From: Ignavibacteriales bacterium CG07_land_8_20_14_0_80_59_12
Lineage (GTDB): Bacteria; Bacteroidota; Ignavibacteria; 0-14-0-80-59-12
Length of the DNA: 64,000 bases
Direction of reading: 5' to 3'
Assembly (NCBI GenBank): GCA_002779395.1
Contig: PEWR01000061.1
Location: 5,104 to 69,103 of the forward strand
The position numbers were made by a program, and so were the translations under genes. Shown here piece after piece: positions 42,497-53,034 of this stretch; position 1 is the stretch's first letter, and every line of letters begins with the position of its first letter. The notes below the pieces were generated by a model. That model worked only from the letters and a program-made list of their open reading frames with translations. It made no database searches and was not told where the DNA came from.

Positions 42497-42997
42497 CTAT
42501 GCCTTGGGCTTTCGAGGATATCCATACAACTTGGTTGCGCAATCCGGACAGATTCCGTGCGTAGCCTGCCGTCCCCCGCTCTCCTCCAGGTATTTCTCGA
42601 TAGGGAACCACTGACCTTCTTCAGTTCGGTACTTCTTGCAGTTGGCACAAATAGGAAGCAGAGTCTCCAAGTCACGGATACGCTTTTCTTCTGCCTGCTG
42701 ATGCTTGATGATCTTTATGAAGCCAAGAATAAGGAGCACAATACCCATAGCATCCGCGACATTTCCCATCTGAGCAAAAACCGTTTCGAGTGTTTTTGCG
42801 GATAGACCAAGGAGTTCGGGAAGCCGGCTGGACGGATGTTCGACGAGAACGTCGCACAAGCGACCTATGGAGAGAAAACAGACGGCTGGAAGTATTGGCG
42901 CGAGCGAGAAGAACCGATCCCTTTCTCTCCACACAGTGAAGAACCCCCAAAGGAGAAGAAAGAAGGTAAGCAGATCAACCGCAACAACTATGTCCAT
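42497..42997 (-). CDS. Small membrane protein with a C-terminal Cys-rich putative zinc-ribbon/metal-binding domain
   Basis: Two N-terminal TM helices, an amphipathic segment, then LPICANCKKYRTEEGQWFPIEKYLEESGGRQATHGICPDCATKLYG (CxxC...HGICPxC). GC is about 52%. Confidence 0.6.
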   Translation of the reverse strand: MDIVVAVDLLTFFLLLWGFFTVWRERDRFFSLAPILPAVCFLSIGRLCDVLVEHPSSRLPELLGLSAKTLETVFAQMGNVADAMGIVLLILGFIKIIKHQQAEEKRIRDLETLLPICANCKKYRTEEGQWFPIEKYLEESGGRQATHGICPDCATKLYGYPRKPKA

Positions 42998-43067
42998 TTT
43001 TCAACTCCTATCGTGTTCCCATCTTGCCAAGTGAGCTAGGCAGGCAAGGGCGCAAATGTTTCTGCGC

Positions 43068-43253
43068 TCATATACCTGAGACTCGATTGACATCCCCGAC
43101 CGAACCACGAAATGCCAATCTGCCGAACACCGCCTTCTCGTATCGCGTTGCGGGAACCTCCTGACCGGGGAACCGGGACAGCGTCTCAGCAACGGGTACG
43201 AAACCCATCTTGCGGTAGAAGCCGCCGTTGTAACGAGGAATGATTGTCTCAAC
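43068..43253 (-). pseudogene. C-terminal fragment of a GNAT-family acetyltransferase with no start codon
   Basis: The frame opens immediately after a stop and encodes ...IIPRYNGGFYRKMGFVPVAETLSRFPGQ..., where FY.K.GF is a typical GNAT C-terminal strand. It lies directly 3' of tRNA-Arg. Confidence 0.35.
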
Positions 43254-43310
43254 TCAGGTGACGGTACCGTTGATGGGTGTGAGAAGGGGCTCAGAAACTG
43301 GCGAGTTTTG

Positions 43311-43384
43311 TACGCCCGGGGGGATTCGAACCCTCAACCCTCAGCTCCGTAGGCTGATGCTCTATCCAGTTGAGCTACGGGCGC
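43311..43384 (-). tRNA. tRNA-Arg (anticodon ACG)
   Basis: Cloverleaf: GCGCCCG/TA/GCTC-AACTGGATA-GAGC/A/TCAGC-CTACGGA-GCTGA/GGGTT/GAGGG-TTCGAAT-CCCCC/CGGGCGT/A. G1-U72 pair. One A-C mismatch in the T-stem. CCA is not encoded. Confidence 0.9.
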
Positions 43385-43401
43385 ATGACAATCCACTCAG
43401 A

Positions 43402-43430
43402 AATTTAGCAATTCGACAGATCGTTTGCAA
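43402..43430 (-). promoter_or_regulatory. Sigma70-type promoter TTGCAA-N17-TAAATT for tRNA-Arg
   Basis: The -10 box ends 17 nt before the mature tRNA 5' end. Confidence 0.45.
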
Positions 43431-43718
43431 ACTGCCGACGGCGAGACACAAATCACGCGCCCCTCTTGAAACGGTTCACGGTTGGATCCACCTCGAGTAC
43501 TCAGTGGGCCTGAAGAAGAGAATCCTCACATCGGGAGCAAACAGAAATGTCCTCACCTGCTCATCAAGGTAGGGGCTTCTCTCAAAGCCCTCAAGTCTCG
43601 CTGACGATGTGCAGCCTGAGAATTGAAGGGCAAGAGCGAGAATGCAACCAACGAAGAGGGCCCGCGTTGATGCAAGCGAGTTCGGAAGGGATTCCTGCGT
43701 CGAGGGGACGCCGCAGAA

Positions 43719-44984
43719 TTACCGACTCTTCCCTTTCGTGAGGGAAGTCAACTGCAGTTCGATCCGCTTCCCTTCACTCCGGGCCCCGATGATGCGGTAA
43801 TGCGCTTTCGCACGTTCCAGAGCCGCACGCGCAGGAGCTTCTTCGCCGCGCGCAAGGGCAAGCTGTCCGAGCTCCTCGTACGATTCGGCAAGGTTCAGCG
43901 GATTACGATATTCCTCGTTGATGCGGATACTTGTCTGCAGGTAAAGCTCGGCGACATCCAGGTCCCCCATGGCGCGTTGGATGCCCGCCTTCACTTTGTA
44001 AACGTCGGCCATGCCCAGACGGTCGTCAAGCTCACGGAAGACTGAAAGCGCACGGTTGGCAAATGCGACGGCGAGCGGGTAATCTCCCTGCTTCTGGTGA
44101 AGAGCCGACTTGCCGAGGTACGAGAGCCCGATGAGCGGCTTGTACTCAGCGCGAGCCGAGTAGCCAAGGCTCATGTCAAACTGCCCGAGTGCCTCGGTGT
44201 GCTCCCCCTTCGCAAGGTACATCATCGCGTAGTTGTGATGGAGCTCCGCGAGTCTGGTGAGACTCCCGAGCTCTTCGAACCGTGGAAGGACCTGCTGGTA
44301 GAAAATGAGCGCCTCGTCGTGCTTCCCTTGTATGTTCGCCAGGATGCCGAGGTCCATCGTCACGACTGCCGACATCTCGGCTTGCTTCGCCCGCTCGAAC
44401 ATGCTGCGGGCTTTCCGCATGTGCGCGGCGGCCTCCTTCAGGTCACCGCGCTCTGCAAGCGAAATACCGAGGTGGTTCTCCACACGAGCAAGGCCAAGCT
44501 GGTCCTTGGCCCGGGTGAAGTGTTTCGCCGCCTGGTGGAGGTCGGCATGGGCTTGTTCCCACTTCGCCTGCCGGAGAAAGATCTCGGCCCGTCTTGTGAG
44601 CGCCATGCCTGCAGCGCGTGCAAACCGCAGGGAGCTGCCCGCCCTCTCAACAACAAGGTCGGCAAGCCGCTCTGCAGTCGGATAGTCACCGGTCGTCACG
44701 CTGAGCGCGGCTGCCTCGTTTGCGAGGTCGAGGAAACTCTCCTTCGGCAGCGCCCTCTCGCATTCGGTTATCGCGGCCTCGAGATAGAATGATTCATCCC
44801 CTCCGCGCTTCTCGCCCGGAATGCCAGCGGCCTTTCCCAGAAGCTGCTCCTCGGACTCCTGCAGCTTTTCAATATCGGACCGTATTCTCTTCAGGAGCGC
44901 GTCGTCGCAGAACCTGCCCAGAAGGTCCCACAAGGATCCCCCCTTAGCCTCCGGTGAGGAGGCGTCCACTTGCGCCTTTTTCAT
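43719..44984 (-). CDS. Tetratricopeptide-repeat protein
   Basis: Multiple TPR-like helical repeats (alternating A/L/G/Y patterns). No signal peptide. 421 aa. Confidence 0.75.
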   Translation of the reverse strand: MKKAQVDASSPEAKGGSLWDLLGRFCDDALLKRIRSDIEKLQESEEQLLGKAAGIPGEKRGGDESFYLEAAITECERALPKESFLDLANEAAALSVTTGDYPTAERLADLVVERAGSSLRFARAAGMALTRRAEIFLRQAKWEQAHADLHQAAKHFTRAKDQLGLARVENHLGISLAERGDLKEAAAHMRKARSMFERAKQAEMSAVVTMDLGILANIQGKHDEALIFYQQVLPRFEELGSLTRLAELHHNYAMMYLAKGEHTEALGQFDMSLGYSARAEYKPLIGLSYLGKSALHQKQGDYPLAVAFANRALSVFRELDDRLGMADVYKVKAGIQRAMGDLDVAELYLQTSIRINEEYRNPLNLAESYEELGQLALARGEEAPARAALERAKAHYRIIGARSEGKRIELQLTSLTKGKSR

Positions 44985-44998
44985 ATGTCAGGCAGCCC

Positions 44999-45601
44999 TC
45001 AGAACCCGAATCCGTAGCGGGAGAAATGGGGTATTTCTCCATCCTCGCAGACTATCTTTCCTCGAGACCGAGAGACCGTGATGTTGGCGCTCATCGGCTC
45101 CCATGAAGCGGTCGCAGGATCGTACCAGTAAAGATGGACGTTGGCCCCCTCCGGAACCGCCGACAGATCGAGGCCGGTCGTCGTCATGTCGAGAAGCGCT
45201 GGCGTTCGGAACGCCGTCCCCCCGGGTCCGAAGTCCGCTGCAAGCATCTCATCATCAAGCGCAATGCTGAACCATCCGCTCTCGCTGATCGACTGCGGCG
45301 CTATCCGAAGAGACATGTCCGTCCTCACCGTCACAGCACGCCCCTCATCGAGGTATTCCCCATGCACCTTCAGCAGGCCACCAGACAGAGCAGTGATGAA
45401 CTTACTCACTGTGATGTCCTTCGAGAGCGGTCCCCCCCCAGAGCGCGGCAGAAAGATGAGGGTCGGTGTTGGGCTGACTGACCCTGTACCAACCGCAGGA
45501 TTGGCAGGCACACCGACAGGATTATCCAGTGTCGAGCACCCTGCAAGAAGGGTCATCACAGCGACGAGGACGATCCCGAAAATCATGTTCGGGCGCTTCA
45601 T
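44999..45601 (-). CDS. Hypothetical lipoprotein
   Basis: The start is placed at ATG 45601 (MKRPNMIFGIVLVAVMTLLAGCS) with an AGGAAAGGA RBS. The track ORF extends to 45694. It ends in ...GFGF. Confidence 0.6.
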   Translation of the reverse strand: MKRPNMIFGIVLVAVMTLLAGCSTLDNPVGVPANPAVGTGSVSPTPTLIFLPRSGGGPLSKDITVSKFITALSGGLLKVHGEYLDEGRAVTVRTDMSLRIAPQSISESGWFSIALDDEMLAADFGPGGTAFRTPALLDMTTTGLDLSAVPEGANVHLYWYDPATASWEPMSANITVSRSRGKIVCEDGEIPHFSRYGFGF

Positions 45602-46029
45602 TCCTTTCCTCCTTGGGATGTTCGAACAATGCCTGCATGAAGGCGTGCAAATACTATGCCAGTAGTCGCAGGTCATCGCAGAAAGCAACGGCAAAAGAGC
45701 TTACACTGGCCGTCTGAAGCTCTACAAGAGGGAGGGAAGGTGAAACTGTAATGAAACGTTACACCTCATCGTAACGTCCTGTTGCAGAACTCGTGCGGAC
45801 AGACCTGACCGGCCCTCTGGATGGGGACACGCGGTCCGGCCGGCGAACCCTTAGGAGCATCAGGCTGCCTGCGGGGAGTCCACCCTGATCGCAGTTTGCG
45901 ATCCACTCTTGCGAGTCTCATTGGAAGCTGCATCTGGATTAGGCGGAGGGATCTCGTCCTCAACCGGCATGGGTTGGTTGAGACAAGAAATCAGCTGAGG
46001 GAAAAGGGAGAAGACTGGTGCGCGGCTTG

Positions 46030-46102
46030 TAGCGCTAACGGGAATCGAACCCGTATTTCAGCCTTGAGAGGGCTGCGTCCTAAACCGTTAGACGATAGCG
46101 CC
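46030..46102 (-). tRNA. tRNA-Glu (anticodon CTC)
   Basis: GGCGCTA/TC/GTCT-AACGGTTTA-GGAC/G/CAGCC-CTCTCAA-GGCTG/AAAT/ACGGG-TTCGATT-CCCGT/TAGCGCT/A. Confidence 0.85.
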
Positions 46103-46109
46103 GCTGAAG

Positions 46110-46182
46110 CTGCCCGGCCAGGGCTCGAACCTGGACTTTTCTGATCCAGAGTCAGACGTGTTGCCAATTACACCACCGGGCA
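46110..46182 (-). tRNA. tRNA-Gln (anticodon CTG)
   Basis: TGCCCGG/TG/GTGT-AATTGGCA-ACAC/G/TCTGA-CTCTGGA-TCAGA/AAAGT/CCAGG-TTCGAGC-CCTGG/CCGGGCA/G. It has the U1-A72 pair typical of bacterial tRNA-Gln. It is 7 nt from tRNA-Glu. Confidence 0.85.
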
Positions 46183-46194
46183 GTTCCGTTCAAT

Positions 46195-46223
46195 AAAATA
46201 CCACTATCGAGTTTCAAAATCAA
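46195..46223 (-). promoter_or_regulatory. Sigma70-type promoter TTGATT-N17-TATTTT for the tRNA-Gln/tRNA-Glu pair
   Basis: The -10 box ends 12 nt before the tRNA-Gln 5' end. Confidence 0.45.
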
Positions 46224-46339
46224 GACGCTCTCGATGTGTTGAACCCGTTTCAGACTCCTTGCATTTCAGCGGCCACTTGCGTAATTTTTTTTACCTCGAA
46301 TGATGACTTCGTTTCTTACCATCAGTTGTCCGGGCATCC

Positions 46340-46822
46340 ATGGCGACGTTCCGCGGCGTTGATTACTACAGTCTCGGCTCCCTCCTCTCTCCCGAAGAAA
46401 TCCTCGTCCGTGATACGATACGCGAATTCGTGGACGACAACGTTCTCCCGATTATTGAGAGGCACTACAGGGAAGGCACATTTCCCCTGGAGCTCGTCCC
46501 GAGGATGGCTGAGCTGGGCCTTCTGGGTGCCACCCTCCCCGGGAAATACGACTGTGCAGAAATGAACAACGTCGCCTGCGGGCTCATCATGCAGGAGCTC
46601 GAACGCGGCGACAGCGGTGTTCGAAGTTTCGCCTCGGTCCAAAGCGCGCTCGAGATCGCCCGCACCGCGCGGGAGATACTCGGTGCGAACGGCATCCTTG
46701 ACGAGTATCCCGTGATGCGGCACATGGCTAACCTGGAATCAGTGAAGACGTATGAGGGAACGCACGAGATGCAGACGCTCATCATCGGCGCCGACATCAC
46801 CGGAATAGAATCGTACCGATAG
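46340..46822 (+). pseudogene. Glutaryl-CoA dehydrogenase-like acyl-CoA dehydrogenase with a ~270-aa in-frame internal deletion (N-terminal ~100 aa fused to C-terminal ~60 aa)
   Basis: The N-terminus ...[52 protein letters not shown]...[25 protein letters not shown] joins directly to the C-terminal helix [54 protein letters not shown]. The whole middle beta domain and the catalytic region are absent. Confidence 0.55.
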
Positions 46823-46873
46823 ACGGCTCATGCTTGGTACTTTCTCCGCTGCAACGCGGAGCCGGCACGATGA

Positions 46874-48418
<1,545 letters not shown>

Positions 48419-48429
48419 GACAGGCCCCG

Positions 48430-49500
48430 GTGCACGCTACACGACTTCTCATCGCGCTGCGCACTCTCATGGAGAAAGAGCGCCTCGACGCTCTTCTCCT
48501 GACCGATCCTCCCCACGTCAGGTTCTTCAGCGGCTTCAAGGGATCGACAGCGCTCCTCTTCATCACGCGCCGATCCGCTCTTCTCATCACAGACGGTCGC
48601 TACCGCGGCGAATCACGATCCGTGCAGCATGTCGCAGTGCACATTGCGAAACGCTCCCTCTTTGAGGCCCTCGGGAAGAAAGTTCATCTCCCCCCGGACT
48701 CCGTTGTGGGCATCCACGAGCGTCACGCCTCGTTTGCAGATGTCCAGGCGATGAAGTTTCATCTCCCCGGGATGAAAGTGCGCACAGCTGCAAAGTTGAT
48801 CGGCAGCGTGACATCCGTGCGGTCGAGGCGCGACCTTGCCTCCCAGTCCACAGCGGTGAAGCTATCGGAGTTCGTCTTCGGGGAGATTCTCGATATGCTC
48901 CGTCCCGGCGTGCGGGAGGACGAGATCGCCGCGGAGATCACGTACCTCCACAGGCGCTTCGGCGCAGAGCGAGACGCGTTCGAGCCTATCGTAGCGAGCG
49001 GGCCCCGTTCCACGCTCCCGCATGCCTGCCCGAGGGGAAGGAAACTCAGGCGCGGCGACCTCGTCGTTATCGACTTTGGATGCGTCGTGGGCGGGTTCAC
49101 CTCCGACATTGCCCGTACGGTCTCGATCGGCCGGCCGTCACGCCGCGTGCGAGAGATGTACGATGCGGTCCTCGAAGCCCAATCACGTGCCATCGAGGCG
49201 GTTGCCGACGGAGTCCGGGGGAAGGAAGTTGACCGCGCCGCGCGCGATCTGCTCACATCCCGGGGGTACGGAAGAGAATTCATTCATGCCGCGGGACACG
49301 GTCTCGGCATCGAAGTCCATGAGCCGCCCCGGATCTCTCCGCGGAGCAACGACATCCTCGCACGCGGGAATGTCATCGCGATCGAGCCGGGCGTCTACCT
49401 CCCCCGTGTCGGGGGGATCAGGCTCGAGGATGACCTCATTGTCACACGATCGGGCGCGGCTCTCCTTACTCATCTTCCACGCGAAATGATCATTGTATGA
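48430..49500 (+). CDS. M24-family Xaa-Pro aminopeptidase/dipeptidase
   Basis: Pita-bread fold motifs DFGCVVGGFTSD, HAAGHGLGIEVHE and GNVIAIEPGVY...IRLEDD. GTG start. Confidence 0.85.
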   Translation: MHATRLLIALRTLMEKERLDALLLTDPPHVRFFSGFKGSTALLFITRRSALLITDGRYRGESRSVQHVAVHIAKRSLFEALGKKVHLPPDSVVGIHERHASFADVQAMKFHLPGMKVRTAAKLIGSVTSVRSRRDLASQSTAVKLSEFVFGEILDMLRPGVREDEIAAEITYLHRRFGAERDAFEPIVASGPRSTLPHACPRGRKLRRGDLVVIDFGCVVGGFTSDIARTVSIGRPSRRVREMYDAVLEAQSRAIEAVADGVRGKEVDRAARDLLTSRGYGREFIHAAGHGLGIEVHEPPRISPRSNDILARGNVIAIEPGVYLPRVGGIRLEDDLIVTRSGAALLTHLPREMIIV

Positions 49501-50816
49501 CCGAGGCAAACCGGACGATAGAGGGGGAATACCGGAAACGGGTTCTCATCATTGCGTACTACTTCCCTCCGATGGGGCTGAGCGGTGTCCAGCGAACCCT
49601 CAAGTTCGCGAAGTATCTCCCACCACTCGGCTGGAAACCGACCGTTCTCACCGTGACACCGACCGGATACTTCGCCCAGGACGAGTCCCTCCTCGGCGAA
49701 GTTGAATCCGCCGGGATCGAGGTCATCAGGACAGGTTCTCTCGACCCAACACGCGCTTTCTCGAAGCGCAACAACGCACCTGTCGTAGTGAAGATGCCTT
49801 CAGAACCATTCCGGAAGCTCCTCAACATAACGAGCCAGATCTTCTTCATACCAGACAACAAGATCGGATGGAAGCGGCGGGCGCTCCGTGCCGCCCTCGC
49901 GTTCATGGAGCGGGAGAAGGTCGATCTCATCTTCGCGACGGCGCCCCCCTACACCGACTTCCTCATCGGTGCGGAGCTACAGCGGAAAACGGGAATTCCG
50001 CTCGTCGTCGACTACCGTGACGCCTGGTACGACAATCCGTACCATTTCTACTTCACTCCACTTCATCGCTATCTTCACGCGCGGCTCGAGAAACGGGTCC
50101 TCCGCGCAGCCAACAAGATCATCACCATCAACCGGCGCATCAAGGAGCTCCTCCTCAGGCGCTATCGTTTCCTCCGGTACGACGACGTGTTGATTGTGCC
50201 GCAGGGATACGACCCATCGGACTTCAACGTCGACTCCGAAGCTCTTCCCCGCACACCGAAGATGCGGTTCACCTATGCCGGGACGTTCATTGACAAGCGG
50301 TCACCGAAGTTCTTCCTCCGCGCCCTCAAGAACGCGCTCGCACGCACACCCGAGATGCGCGGGAACATCGAGGCGTGCTTCCTCGGGAACTTCCGGGAAG
50401 AGAACCGGAAGCTCGTGACCGCCCTCGGACTCGAAGACGTCGTGAACGTTGTCGGGTACAAAGGTCACGCTGAGACCGCCAGGTATCTCCTCGCATCGGA
50501 CGTCCTGTGGCTCATCATCGGCGAGGGGAAGGGGGAGGACATGATGTCGACGGGTAAACTCTTCGACTACATCGGCGCTCGAAAGCCGATTCTCGGATGT
50601 GTCCCCGAAGGCGTCGCACGTACCGTAATCCGTGAGTCAAAAGCCGGCAACGTCACATCACCGTACGATGAGCATGAGATCGAGCAGGCCATCCAGAAGC
50701 TGTACCGCGACTGGAAGTCCGGTGCGCTTCCGGTGCCTGACAACGCATTCACGCAGAAATACCGCCGAGACATCCTCACGGCGGAGCTCGCACGCATCTT
50801 CGAGTTCATGACATGA
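49497..50816 (+). CDS. Glycosyltransferase (GT4/GT-B-like)
   Basis: 439 aa. The N-terminal domain (KRVLIIAYYFPP...) and C-terminal domain are typical of group-1 glycosyltransferases. The assignment rests on architecture only. Confidence 0.65.
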   Translation: MTEANRTIEGEYRKRVLIIAYYFPPMGLSGVQRTLKFAKYLPPLGWKPTVLTVTPTGYFAQDESLLGEVESAGIEVIRTGSLDPTRAFSKRNNAPVVVKMPSEPFRKLLNITSQIFFIPDNKIGWKRRALRAALAFMEREKVDLIFATAPPYTDFLIGAELQRKTGIPLVVDYRDAWYDNPYHFYFTPLHRYLHARLEKRVLRAANKIITINRRIKELLLRRYRFLRYDDVLIVPQGYDPSDFNVDSEALPRTPKMRFTYAGTFIDKRSPKFFLRALKNALARTPEMRGNIEACFLGNFREENRKLVTALGLEDVVNVVGYKGHAETARYLLASDVLWLIIGEGKGEDMMSTGKLFDYIGARKPILGCVPEGVARTVIRESKAGNVTSPYDEHEIEQAIQKLYRDWKSGALPVPDNAFTQKYRRDILTAELARIFEFMT

Positions 50817-52114
50817 GAATCCTCGTTCTTGGCGCGGGCGGCCGGGAGCATGCCATCACATGGAAGCTCTCGCTGAGCAATCCATCCCGTCTTTTCTGCG
50901 CCCCCGGGAACGGCGGCATCGCGGAAGCGGCGGAATGCGTCCCGCTCAAGGCCGACGATCCTGTCGCGGTTCGGCAGTTCGCACTTCAGAACTCGATTGA
51001 GCTCGTCGTCATCGGGCCGGAGGGGCCGCTTGTAGCCGGTGTCGCGGATGCCCTTCGGGAAGAACGGATCCCCGTGTTCGGCCCGGACTGTTCCGCGGCA
51101 GCAATTGAAGGGAGCAAGGCCTTTGCAAAGGCGTTCATGGAGCGATGGAGGATACCGACCGCCCGGCACGTCGTCTTCACACGGGGGGAGTCGTCCCGGG
51201 CCCACCGGTACATCGATGAACACGGCACACCCGTCGTTGTCAAGGCGGACGGTCTCGCCGCCGGCAAGGGCGCTTTCGTCACCGAAAATGCCCTCGATGC
51301 CCATGCCGTCATCGATGACCTCTTCACAAGGGGACTCCTTGGCGCAGCCAGCGACCGAATCATAGTCGAGGAGTTCATGCGCGGAGACGAAGCTTCCGTG
51401 TTCGCGCTCACAGATGGACGCAACTTCGTGATCCTCCCCCCCGCACAGGATCACAAGCGTGTCTTCGACGGAGACCGGGGACCGAACACCGGCGGCATGG
51501 GGGCGTACGCTCCAACCGCACTCATCGACGGCCCCCTCCTCGGACGCATCATTGAAGAGATCATTGAACCAGCGATTCGTGGACTCGCGGCGGAAGGAAA
51601 GCGCTACCTCGGATGTCTCTACGCAGGCCTTATGATCACCGCCGAAGGGCCGAAGGTCATCGAGTTCAACGCGCGGCTCGGGGACCCTGAGACGCAGGCG
51701 GTCCTCCCCGTTATCGACGTCGACTTCCCGGGGCTGCTTCTCGCATGCGCAACAGGCGGACTGGACGGCAGCCGCATCATTGGGCCATCCCGTACCGCCG
51801 CAACAGTCGTCATCGTATCGCAGGGGTACCCCGGTCGCTACGAAACAGGAAAGGAGATCGGAGGACTTGCCGCTCTCAGAAACCGGGACGACGTTGTGGT
51901 TTTTCACAGTGGGACCCGGCGTGACGGCGATCGCATCCTCACCTCGGGCGGACGTGTTCTCTCCGTGACCGGCGTTGCCGGAAGGGACGATCTTCAGACG
52001 GCGATCGCTTCGGCCTACGACGCAGTGGGACAGGTTCGCTTCGAAGGGGCATATTTCAGGTCGGACATCGCTGCAAGAGGGTTGCGCTACACAGGCTCGA
52101 GGAATGCTCAATGA
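50813..52114 (+). CDS. purD: Phosphoribosylamine-glycine ligase
   Basis: MRILVLGAGGREHAI N-terminus and ATP-grasp domain. Confidence 0.95.
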   Translation: MRILVLGAGGREHAITWKLSLSNPSRLFCAPGNGGIAEAAECVPLKADDPVAVRQFALQNSIELVVIGPEGPLVAGVADALREERIPVFGPDCSAAAIEGSKAFAKAFMERWRIPTARHVVFTRGESSRAHRYIDEHGTPVVVKADGLAAGKGAFVTENALDAHAVIDDLFTRGLLGAASDRIIVEEFMRGDEASVFALTDGRNFVILPPAQDHKRVFDGDRGPNTGGMGAYAPTALIDGPLLGRIIEEIIEPAIRGLAAEGKRYLGCLYAGLMITAEGPKVIEFNARLGDPETQAVLPVIDVDFPGLLLACATGGLDGSRIIGPSRTAATVVIVSQGYPGRYETGKEIGGLAALRNRDDVVVFHSGTRRDGDRILTSGGRVLSVTGVAGRDDLQTAIASAYDAVGQVRFEGAYFRSDIAARGLRYTGSRNAQ

Positions 52115-53034
52115 AGATACTCGTCACAGGCGGAGCGGGCTTCATAGGTTCACACATCGTCGACGCCTACATAGCCGCTGGGCATGACGTGGCGGTGATT
52201 GATAACCTCTCCACGGGAAGGCGTGAGAACATCCAACACGCGGCCCGCTTCTATGAACTCGACATACGCAGCAAGGCAATCGGAGAAGTGTTCGAGCGTG
52301 AGCGCTTCGACGTTGTGAACCACCAGGCGGCTCAAATCGATGTCCGGAAGTCCGTCAAGGATCCCGTCGAAGACGCCTCCGTGAACATTCTTGGCGGCCT
52401 GAACCTCCTGGAGAGCGCGCGAAGGACCGGTGTGGACAAGATCATCTTCTCCTCCACGGGCGGTGCGATCTATGGCGAACAGGACTGCTTCCCGGCCGAC
52501 GAGTCCCATCCCACACGACCCGTTTCTCCGTACGGCGTCGCGAAACTTGCACTGGAGCACTACTTGTTCTACTATCGGCAGGCGCACGGCCTTGAGTACT
52601 GCGTGCTCCGGTACGCCAATGTCTACGGCCCCCGCCAGAACTCGAACGGTGAAGCCGGCGTCGTGGCGATTTTCACGAGCAAGATGCTGACAGGCGAGCA
52701 ACCGGTCATCAACGGCGACGGGCACCAGACGAGGGATTATGTCTATGTCTCGGACGTCGCGCGTGCCAACGTTCTCGCTCTCTCCCTCGACCACTCGGAC
52801 GTCTTCAACATCGGAACGGGCATTGAAACCGACGTGCGTCAGCTCCTCCACATGCTCTCCGGGCTCATCGGGGCCAGGGCGCCGGAAGTGTACGCACCCG
52901 CCAAGGCGGGTGAGCAGATGAGGAGCGTGATCTCGTGGCGGAAGGTCCACGACGCACTCGGCTGGCAACCCGATACGCCTCTTGAGGAGGGATTACGTCG
53001 TACCGTCGACTCATTCCGGAAGGCTCTCGTATGA
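52111..53034 (+). CDS. NAD-dependent sugar epimerase/dehydratase (GalE-like SDR)
   Basis: TGGAGFIGSH Rossmann motif and YxxxK region (YGVAKLALEHY). Confidence 0.85.
   Translation: MKILVTGGAGFIGSHIVDAYIAAGHDVAVIDNLSTGRRENIQHAARFYELDIRSKAIGEVFERERFDVVNHQAAQIDVRKSVKDPVEDASVNILGGLNLLESARRTGVDKIIFSSTGGAIYGEQDCFPADESHPTRPVSPYGVAKLALEHYLFYYRQAHGLEYCVLRYANVYGPRQNSNGEAGVVAIFTSKMLTGEQPVINGDGHQTRDYVYVSDVARANVLALSLDHSDVFNIGTGIETDVRQLLHMLSGLIGARAPEVYAPAKAGEQMRSVISWRKVHDALGWQPDTPLEEGLRRTVDSFRKALV

Noticed and set aside
50567-52111. 514-aa minus-strand ORF
   Set aside because: Antisense to purD.
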